A DNA stretch of 32,000 bases. It comes from Candidatus Saccharimonadota bacterium (GTDB lineage: Archaea; Micrarchaeota; Micrarchaeia; Micrarchaeales; Micrarchaeaceae). This document shows, piece after piece, positions 26,183 to 32,000 of the stretch (positions are counted from its first letter, which is position 1; each line of letters begins with the position of its first letter). Made by a program: the position numbers and the translations under genes. Under the pieces are notes generated by a model. It was not told the DNA's origin. It saw only the letters and a program-made list of their open reading frames with translations, and ran no database searches. The stretch is taken from contig OY970071.1 of the NCBI GenBank assembly GCA_963705375.1, positions 780,001-812,000 on the forward strand, in the 5' to 3' direction.

Positions 26183-26680
26183 ATGGCTGCAAGAGGTGCC
26201 TATGTGAATAAAAACAACTGCGTGTTCTGCAAGATCATCACAGGCAAGATACCATGCTACAGGGTCTACGAGGACGATACGCACATTGCGTTTCTGGACA
26301 TATTCCCCAACATAAAAGGGCAGACTTTGGTGGTGCCAAAAGAGCACCTCAACAGCTATCTGTTCGATGTTGACGTGCACTCTGTAGGAAATCTGATGCA
26401 TGCATCAAAGCGTGTTGCGAAGCTCCTAGAAAAAGGCCTTCATTCCAAGAGAGTTAATGTAGTGTTTGAAGGTACTGGTGTCAACCATCTCCACGCAAAG
26501 CTCTATCCGACGAATGGCGTCAATGATGCGCGCTTAAGGCATATTGTGGCGGAAGAACGGATTTACTTCGAGGAGTATCCTGGCTACGTGACTACTTTGA
26601 TGGGTCCAAAGGCCAGCGATGAAGATCTGGAAATGACTTGCAGGGCTATCAAGCGTACAAAGAGCTCGAGACAAAAATAG
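26183..26680 (+). CDS. HIT (histidine triad) family protein with a variant triad
   Basis: CVFCKII...IPCYRVYEDDTHIAFLDIFPNIKGQTLVVPKEH is a typical HIT N-terminal half. The triad region reads GVNHLHAKLYP, i.e. H-x-H-x-K instead of H-x-H-x-H. Confidence 0.8.
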   Translation: MAARGAYVNKNNCVFCKIITGKIPCYRVYEDDTHIAFLDIFPNIKGQTLVVPKEHLNSYLFDVDVHSVGNLMHASKRVAKLLEKGLHSKRVNVVFEGTGVNHLHAKLYPTNGVNDARLRHIVAEERIYFEEYPGYVTTLMGPKASDEDLEMTCRAIKRTKSSRQK

Positions 26681-26685
26681 AACAG

Positions 26686-27981
26686 CTACGGAGATATTCT
26701 CTTCCGATCTCTTGGGAACATCGAGCATTCGCGGATGTTTTCAGCACCAGTTATCCTCATTGCGAATCTCTCCAGTCCTATGCTCCATCCTGCGTGCGGC
26801 GGTGCCCCGCACCTGAACGCATTTATGTACCAACTCTCGAAGTGCTTTGGATTCAGTCCCTTCTTCTCAAGGGATTTTATGAGAAGCTCTGGCTTATGTA
26901 TGCGCTGTGCACCGCTTGATATTTCAAGACCCCGGTAGATGAAGTCGAAGCTGTTTGTCAGCTCCGGGTCGTCTGTTTTTGGCATGGAATAGAATGCTCT
27001 TATTGCCGTAGGGAATTCCTTTATCACCACCGCTTCGCCAAACTCTTTATGTATTGCCATCTCATGTTCCCTTGTTATATCATTGCCGAATTCCAGGGCA
27101 TGCCCTTTTTTGTGCAGCTTATCGATGACCTCCGCATATGTGACTGTCTTTACTTCTGGAACCCTGAGTTCAGGGGCCTTCAGCGTTTCAAGATCCTTTC
27201 CATTCTTTTCCTTGACCTCTTTTATTATCGATCTCACCGTTTCTGAAAGTATCTTTATCACGTCCTCATGATCTGCGAATCCCATCTCTATGTCCATCTG
27301 CGTCGACTCAGCCAAATGATACACAGTGTTTGATTTCTCGGCCCTGAAGACTGGCGTTATCATCACAACCTTGTCAAGCCCGCCTATGACCGCAAGCTGC
27401 TTGTACAGTTGCGGAGACTGCGCGAGATATGCCTCTTTCTCAAAATATGCGATTGGGAATAGTTCGCTTCCCCCTTCGCTTGCCTCGGCTATCATTGACG
27501 GCGGCCTTATGGTCACAAAGTCTTGCTTTCTAAGCACATCCAAGAAGGTGTCCATTATTGTTGACTCTATGTTGAATATCGCAGTTGGCTTGGCTCTTCT
27601 GAGGTCTATGTATCTATAATCAAGCCTCACATCAAGCTCAACAGGCACCTTTCCTGTAACTTCAAACGGTATGTTGGTTGAGAGTGGATTGAGGTTCACA
27701 ATCTCCTTTGGCACAATCTCAAAGCCTGCCTTCGCCTCCTTGTTTGCCTTAAGCGTGCCTACAACCCTGACAACGCTCTCTTTCGGAAGTGCCATCTGCT
27801 CAAGCAGATTATCTTCGGTATCCCCTTTCTTTCCTATTATCTGCACTACTCCTGTCCTGTCCCGCAGCAGAAGAAACGTTATCTTGCCGGTCTCTCGCAC
27901 TTCATGGACCCATCCAGCGAGAACTACTTCCTTGCCGTCCATGTCTGCTGACAGCTGGTTAACGTAATTGCCCCTTATCAT
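26686..27981 (-). CDS. aspS: Aspartyl-tRNA synthetase, archaeal/eukaryal type (candidate non-discriminating enzyme)
   Basis: 431 aa with an N-terminal OB anticodon-binding domain (VVLAGWVHEVRETGKITFLLLRD), class II motif 2 (ITPVFRAEKSNTVYHLAE) and motif 3 (GAPPHAGWSIGLERF). Confidence 0.93.
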   Translation of the reverse strand: MIRGNYVNQLSADMDGKEVVLAGWVHEVRETGKITFLLLRDRTGVVQIIGKKGDTEDNLLEQMALPKESVVRVVGTLKANKEAKAGFEIVPKEIVNLNPLSTNIPFEVTGKVPVELDVRLDYRYIDLRRAKPTAIFNIESTIMDTFLDVLRKQDFVTIRPPSMIAEASEGGSELFPIAYFEKEAYLAQSPQLYKQLAVIGGLDKVVMITPVFRAEKSNTVYHLAESTQMDIEMGFADHEDVIKILSETVRSIIKEVKEKNGKDLETLKAPELRVPEVKTVTYAEVIDKLHKKGHALEFGNDITREHEMAIHKEFGEAVVIKEFPTAIRAFYSMPKTDDPELTNSFDFIYRGLEISSGAQRIHKPELLIKSLEKKGLNPKHFESWYINAFRCGAPPHAGWSIGLERFAMRITGAENIRECSMFPRDRKRISP

Positions 27982-28098
27982 TCAAAACATCCTGCATCAT
28001 CTCGGCAGTCCTATACCGGCCTTAACGAAGTGGTTATGCCTTTGGCACTGCAAACAATTAAAGCTTTTGTCGGCGCTTGATACCAGCAGTGTTTACAC

Positions 28099-28386
28099 AT
28101 GCCTGACTACTGGAAGATAGACAAGGCGCTCCTGGATCGCATATGCCTCATAGCGAAGCTAAAACTCACAGACAAGGAGAAGGAGCTATACATGAAGCAG
28201 TTGTCCGATGTGCTTAAAGTCTTCAAGCAGCTTGACGAAGTGAAGGCAGACGTAACTCCGTCTTTCCAGCCGTACAAGGTTGAGAATGTGTGGCGCGAAG
28301 ACCTGATTGTTGATACTAAATGGGACTCATTATCGAATTCCAAGAAGACTGAGAACGGCTATTTCAAAGGCCCGAAGATTGTTTAG
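28099..28386 (+). CDS. gatC: Asp-tRNA(Asn)/Glu-tRNA(Gln) amidotransferase subunit C
   Basis: 95 aa with LAKLKLTDKEKE...L...L..F..L.EV. It lies directly upstream of gatA and its stop abuts the gatA ATG. Confidence 0.85.
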   Translation: MPDYWKIDKALLDRICLIAKLKLTDKEKELYMKQLSDVLKVFKQLDEVKADVTPSFQPYKVENVWREDLIVDTKWDSLSNSKKTENGYFKGPKIV

Positions 28387-29256
28387 ATGCCCGGAAAAAT
28401 ATTGTCAGTCAAAGACCACATACAGGCTGCGAAAGCAGGAAACATTGCTCTCGCCACTTTTATCAAAGACGTACTTGAAAGATCAGAAGAGATACAGAAG
28501 AATTACGGTCCTTTCGTCACGATAAACAAGTCAGCAAAGGCGTCAACCAAGAAAGGCGCTCTCTTCGGTCTTCCTATTTCGGTGAAGGACTGCGTATGCA
28601 CAAAGGGCATCCAGACGACTGCGGGCTCTAAGATACTCGAGGGTTACATGCCTCCGTTCAACGCGACGTGCATAGAGAAAGTCGAGGCTGCAGGCGGAAT
28701 AATAATCGGAAAAACCACACAGGACGAATTCGGCTTCGGTACGTTCAACGTTAATACAAAATACTCGATACCAAAGAACCCGTTTGACACAGAAAGGAGC
28801 TGCGGAGGAAGCAGCGGAGGTGCAGGGTGCCTTACCGCCGCAGCGGACTTCCCACATGCGGCAATCGCAGAATCTACTGGAGGAAGCATAACCGCGCCGG
28901 CGGCCTTCACCGGTACTGTCGGATTGACTCCGACTTATGGCAGGGTTTCGCGGTACGGCCTTATTGACTATTCAAACAGCATGGACAAGATCGGTGTCAT
29001 AGGAAAGTGCGTCTACGACACAGCGCTCCTGCTTTCAGTCATAGCAGGTCACGATGCTCTTGATTCAACAAGCAGCACCCAGCCAGTGCCTGACTTTACA
29101 GGATTCGTAGGAAAGGATGTTTCAAAGCTTAGGATCGGCTTCCGAAGGAATACTTCTCAGAGGGTGTGGACAAGCGCATATCGAAAATGGTGCGCGAGAC
29201 CGCGAGCGCATTTGAGAAAATGGGCGCTTCTGTGGAGGAGATCGGGATGCCTATGA
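28387..29256 (+). CDS. gatA: Amidotransferase subunit A, N-terminal fragment; homology ends near 29139 and the remainder is an out-of-frame tail
   Basis: Amidase-signature elements are present: PISVKDCVCTKG (Lys), CGGSSGGAG (cis-Ser) and TGGSITAPAAFTG (nucleophile Ser). After ...KLRIG the frame reads FRRNTSQRVWTSAYRKWCARPRAH, which is non-GatA sequence. Confidence 0.85.
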   Translation: MPGKILSVKDHIQAAKAGNIALATFIKDVLERSEEIQKNYGPFVTINKSAKASTKKGALFGLPISVKDCVCTKGIQTTAGSKILEGYMPPFNATCIEKVEAAGGIIIGKTTQDEFGFGTFNVNTKYSIPKNPFDTERSCGGSSGGAGCLTAAADFPHAAIAESTGGSITAPAAFTGTVGLTPTYGRVSRYGLIDYSNSMDKIGVIGKCVYDTALLLSVIAGHDALDSTSSTQPVPDFTGFVGKDVSKLRIGFRRNTSQRVWTSAYRKWCARPRAHLRKWALLWRRSGCL

Positions 29257-29804
29257 CGAATTATGCGCTGCCTTCGTATTATCTGATAGCGATGAGCGAA
29301 GCTTCGACAAACCTTGCGAAGTATTGTGGACTCAGGTATGGTGCGCAAGAGGAGTCTGAGACAAACTTTGAGGAATACTTTTCGAAAATAAGGTCAGAAT
29401 CGTTTGGGGAAGAGGCTAAGCGCAGGATACTTCTTGGCACGTACTCGAGGATGGCTGGCTTCAGGGACGCATACTATCTCAAGGCACTCAAGATACGAAC
29501 AAAGATAATAGAAGAGTTCAGGTCTGCGTTCGGAAAGTTCGATGCGTTGCTTTCCCCGTCAATGCCGATATTGCCTCCCAAATTCTCAGACATAGCGAAG
29601 CTCACTCCGATACAGAATTATGGTATGGACGTGCTTACGATAGCTCCGAACATGTCTGGAATGCCAACTCTCTCAGTGCCTATCGGCACGATAGACAAGC
29701 TTCCAGTAGGTGTCCAGTTCATAGCAAATCAGTTCAATGAAGGTGCTCTGATCGCTCTTGGAAGTGCGGTCGAGGGTTTGAATGGCAGTCATGATAGGTC
29801 TTGA
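29166..29804 (+). CDS. gatA: Amidotransferase subunit A, C-terminal fragment; homology in this frame starts at 29139
   Basis: From 29139 this frame reads LPKEYFSEGVDKRISKM...YYLIAMSEASTNLAKYCGLRYG...FGEEAKRRILLGTY...LSVPIG...PVGVQFIANQF, which is canonical GatA C-terminal sequence. The two fragments together total about 472 aa. Confidence 0.85.
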   Translation: MDKRISKMVRETASAFEKMGASVEEIGMPMTNYALPSYYLIAMSEASTNLAKYCGLRYGAQEESETNFEEYFSKIRSESFGEEAKRRILLGTYSRMAGFRDAYYLKALKIRTKIIEEFRSAFGKFDALLSPSMPILPPKFSDIAKLTPIQNYGMDVLTIAPNMSGMPTLSVPIGTIDKLPVGVQFIANQFNEGALIALGSAVEGLNGSHDRS

Positions 29805-31182
29805 AGTACACGTGCAGCTCAACACGGAGAGCAAACTCTTCTGCAGCGACAGCTCCGACCTCAGGGGCAAGCGGCAGAACACGAACACCTGTCCTGTATG
29901 CCTGGGCTTTCCAGGATCAAAGCCTGTCCTCAACAAGCGTGCGCTCGAGCTTGGCATGTTGATATCCCTTGCACTTAATTGCAAAATTTCCAATACATGC
30001 TTCTTCTCCAGAAAGACATACTTCTACCCTGACATGTCTAAGAACTTCCAGATAACGCAGTACGAGGAACCTCTTTCCACAGGTGGTGTGCTCGACCTGA
30101 ACGACGCAAAAATCAGGATAAGGCGCGTCCACATCGAAGAAGATCCTGCAAAGCTTGTGCACATGGGTGGGGACATAACCACCGCAAAATACGTGCTTAT
30201 CGATTACAACAGGTCAGGAATGCCTCTGGCAGAAATAGTCACAGAGCCCGACTTCGACAGCCCGAAGCAGGCCCGCATGTTCCTTGAGAAGCTGCTTTCC
30301 ATACTCGAGCACCTAGGTGCGTACGACTCTGGCAAAGAGGCAACGATACGCGTCGATGCCAACATATCATTCGATGGTGGCGAGCGCGTAGAGGTAAAGA
30401 ACATAACTGGATTCGAGAATGTTGAGAAGGCATTGAACTTCGAGGTCATAAGGCAGAAGGGTATGGCCCGAATGCAAGTGAAGGTGGAGCGAGAAACGCG
30501 CCACTTTGACGCTGACAGGGGCACGACCGTAGGCCTAAGGAAGAAGGAATACGAAGAAGACTATGGCTACATATTCGATCCTGACCTTCCTGTGATAAAC
30601 ATTACAGATCAGTGGGTTGCTCAAATGAAGCGCGACATGCCGGAACTTCCGGACCAGCGCACACGCAGGTTCATATCAGAATACAAAATACCTGAGTATG
30701 TGGCAGGAGTGATAGTTTATACCGACAAGCACCTTGCTGACTTCTTCGAGGAGTGCTGCAAGCTGTACGGAAATCCTGACAAGGTATCTAATTGGACTGT
30801 CAACTACCTGCTCAAGAGTCTTAACTGGCGCTCCGAAAAGATACGCGATTCCAAGGTCAAGCCTGCTACCTTTGTGGAGTTTCTGAAGCTAATCGACGAC
30901 AAAACCATCACCGAGCGCTTCGCCAAAGAGCTGATCAAGACATATGTTGATACTGGCGCAGACCCGCGCGAACTCATCAAGCATGAAAAAATACTTATAT
31001 CTGAAAGTACATTGAAAGCGGCAGTAGAAAAGGTTCTGAAAGAGAATAAAGCGGCAGTTGATGATTTCAAGGCAGGAAAAGGAGAAGCGATGCAGTTCCT
31101 TATAGGAAAAGTTCTCGCACTGACGAACAAACAGGCGGACCCAAATCTTATAAGAAAGACTCTGCTATCTTCCCTTAAGTAG
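29782..31182 (+). CDS. gatB: Asp-tRNA(Asn)/Glu-tRNA(Gln) amidotransferase subunit B
   Basis: 466 aa with MIGLEVHVQL, CPVCLGFPGSKPVLN, RIRRVHIEEDPAKL, and a YqeY-like C-terminal tail domain. It overlaps the gatA 3' end by 14-23 nt depending on which ATG is used (29782 or 29791). Confidence 0.93.
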   Translation: MAVMIGLEVHVQLNTESKLFCSDSSDLRGKRQNTNTCPVCLGFPGSKPVLNKRALELGMLISLALNCKISNTCFFSRKTYFYPDMSKNFQITQYEEPLSTGGVLDLNDAKIRIRRVHIEEDPAKLVHMGGDITTAKYVLIDYNRSGMPLAEIVTEPDFDSPKQARMFLEKLLSILEHLGAYDSGKEATIRVDANISFDGGERVEVKNITGFENVEKALNFEVIRQKGMARMQVKVERETRHFDADRGTTVGLRKKEYEEDYGYIFDPDLPVINITDQWVAQMKRDMPELPDQRTRRFISEYKIPEYVAGVIVYTDKHLADFFEECCKLYGNPDKVSNWTVNYLLKSLNWRSEKIRDSKVKPATFVEFLKLIDDKTITERFAKELIKTYVDTGADPRELIKHEKILISESTLKAAVEKVLKENKAAVDDFKAGKGEAMQFLIGKVLALTNKQADPNLIRKTLLSSLK

Positions 31183-31184
31183 AT

Positions 31185-31257
31185 GCCTCAGTAGCTCAGC
31201 AGGTAGAGCGCCTGGCTGTTAACCAGGATGTCACAGGTTCGAGTCCTGTCTGAGGCG
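31185..31257 (+). tRNA. tRNA-Asn (anticodon GTT)
   Basis: I folded this 73-nt cloverleaf by hand. Acceptor stem GCCTCAG/CTGAGGC, D stem GCTC/GAGC, anticodon stem CCTGG/CCAGG with loop CTGTTAA, T arm ACAGG-TTCGAGT-CCTGT, discriminator G. No CCA is encoded and there is no intron. Confidence 0.9.
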
Positions 31258-31314
31258 CCTTGAATATTTGCAGAAGCGGAAGATTATTTAATCCGTAAAT
31301 GCAATCTCACTCAA

Positions 31315-31387
31315 GCCTCGGTAGTGTAGTGGTCCAGCATACGACCCTGTCACGGTTGTGACCCGGGTTCGAATCCCGGCCGAGGCG
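31315..31387 (+). tRNA. tRNA-Asp (anticodon GTC)
   Basis: I folded this 73-nt cloverleaf by hand. Acceptor stem GCCTCGG/CCGAGGC, anticodon stem CGACC/GGTTG with loop CTGTCAC, T arm CCGGG-TTCGAAT-CCCGG, discriminator G. A TATA-like gattatttaatcc lies about 25-30 nt upstream. Confidence 0.9.
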
Positions 31388-31413
31388 CTTCTTCTTACTA
31401 TTTATTCCTATTT
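31388..31413 (+). terminator. Pyrimidine/T-rich tract (cttcttcttactatttattcctattt) immediately after tRNA-Asp
   Basis: The T-rich run begins directly 3' of the tRNA, the usual position of an archaeal terminator. Confidence 0.4.
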
Positions 31414-31527
31414 AGAAAAGCATGCAGCACTCTCATCATCCTTACAAAATCACAAGATTTCACAAACAAAACACATAAAACACACATATAAATATTTCCT
31501 AACTCTTTATCTTATTGGTGTGATGAA

Positions 31528-32000
31528 ATGCCAAACACTACTGTATCAGTTAATGAATTCAAGCTAAACCAGCTCGGTGTCTCCGCCAGTGTAGTGTACT
31601 TCACCTGCAACGAAGGCATAGGCTATGTTAATACTAAAGGGTACATTGCACTGATTTTAGAAGACAAAGAGAACAGGTGCAACACGATTAATTTTGGCAA
31701 GTTGCTGCCCCGAACCTTTTCAAAAGGCCATTTGAGAGAAGATGCTGATTTCGAAGTCGGTGTGCACAACATTCATATATTAAAAATATTTCCTGCCTCT
31801 AGCGTGCATGACAATATCGTGAAGCAGTTCGACAAAAAGATGCAAGAAGCATGGGACGAAGTTGATCAAAACATACAAGATACTTATGACGGTTGGCATG
31901 ATTGGGCTACAGACCGAATGAAGAGAGAGGGACTGCCTCTGCGTAAAGGCGAAGAACCAACTTTGATGGAATTGTGGGAACTGCCGAGAGACCCGCATAA
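31528..32000 (+). CDS. Hypothetical protein, 3'-truncated by the window edge; absent from the supplied ORF track
   Basis: My own translation from ATG 31528 is open for 157 codons to the window end: MPNTTVSVNEFKLNQLGVSASVVYFTCNEGIGYVNTKGYIALILEDKENRCNTINFGKLLPRTFSKGHLREDADFEVGVHNIHILKIFPASSVHDNIVKQFDKKMQEAWDEVDQNIQDTYDGWHDWATDRMKREGLPLRKGEEPTLMELWELPRDPH. A TATA-like cacatataaatattt lies about 30-45 nt upstream. I recognised no family. Confidence 0.45.
   Translation, partial: MPNTTVSVNEFKLNQLGVSASVVYFTCNEGIGYVNTKGYIALILEDKENRCNTINFGKLLPRTFSKGHLREDADFEVGVHNIHILKIFPASSVHDNIVKQFDKKMQEAWDEVDQNIQDTYDGWHDWATDRMKREGLPLRKGEEPTLMELWELPRDPH

Noticed and set aside
26150-26401. N-terminal extension of track ORF 25394..26401 (MHQISYRVHV...).
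   Set aside because: The extension runs antisense through the HIT gene and across the AT-rich promoter spacer. The DUF929-like protein begins naturally at ATG 26149, directly ahead of its TM anchor.
29125-29170. Programmed -1 ribosomal frameshifting in gatA.
   Set aside because: No slippery X-XXY-YYZ heptamer is present at atc-ggc-ttc-cga, and I saw no obvious downstream pseudoknot or hairpin. A 1-nt deletion or a sequencing error is simpler.
31358-31567. A 69-aa plus-strand ORF from the track.
   Set aside because: It starts inside tRNA-Asp and runs through the terminator and promoter-like AT-rich spacer. The overlapping frame from ATG 31528 is the better coding candidate.
31518-31660. C/D-box sRNA candidate, based on a C-box-like GTGATGA at 31518-31524.
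   Set aside because: No CTGA D box lies within the expected 50-70 nt; the nearest CTGA is about 130 nt away. There is no terminal stem, and the motif overlaps the likely start of a protein-coding ORF.
1-32000. CRISPR arrays, IS elements or transposases, integrases, toxin-antitoxin pairs and recognisable defence systems.
   Set aside because: I found no short regularly spaced direct repeats and no ORFs with transposase, integrase, Cas or nuclease-NTPase defence signatures. Nearly all ORFs of 100 aa or more are accounted for by housekeeping or envelope functions.

Overview
This window looks like a core-chromosome segment of an archaeon. It carries a thermosome, prefoldin beta, ribosomal proteins L14e and L34e, archaeal-type adenylate and cytidylate kinases, DtdA, Trm56, a crenarchaeal-type SSB, TATA-like boxes about 25-35 nt upstream of many start codons, and oligo-T tracts after genes. 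A gyrase, an eqolisin/thermopsin-like surface protein and a DUF929-like protein suggest a Thermoplasmata-like or DPANN-type acidophile, but that is a low-confidence inference. Gene order: gyrA (5' truncated), trm56, then lhr, a surface peptidase-like gene and dtdA on the minus strand, nuoABCD, two tandem paralogous polytopic membrane proteins, a small Cys-rich protein, pfdB-DHH-mre11, the minus-strand run thermosome-adk-DUF106-L34e-cmk-L14e, an orphan helical protein, ssb, GT4, a sulfatase-like gene, a DUF929-like gene, HIT, aspS, gatCAB, tRNA-Asn, tRNA-Asp, and a partial unknown ORF running off the 3' edge. I found no CRISPR array, rRNA, transposase or integrase. The most notable observations are: (1) the whole indirect Asn-tRNA pathway (AspRS, GatCAB and both tRNA substrates) sits in one locus; (2) gatA and the DUF929-like gene each carry a single-nucleotide frameshift; (3) a small protein ends in a metallothionein-like tail with 11 Cys; (4) two tandem membrane-protein paralogs show mosaic near-identity; (5) a heavily sequon-decorated G1-like surface protein; and (6) nuoABCD has no nuoH-N following it. 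I see no clear multi-gene novel system such as a defence island. All calls rest on reading the sequence and on remembered family motifs; no database search was run.
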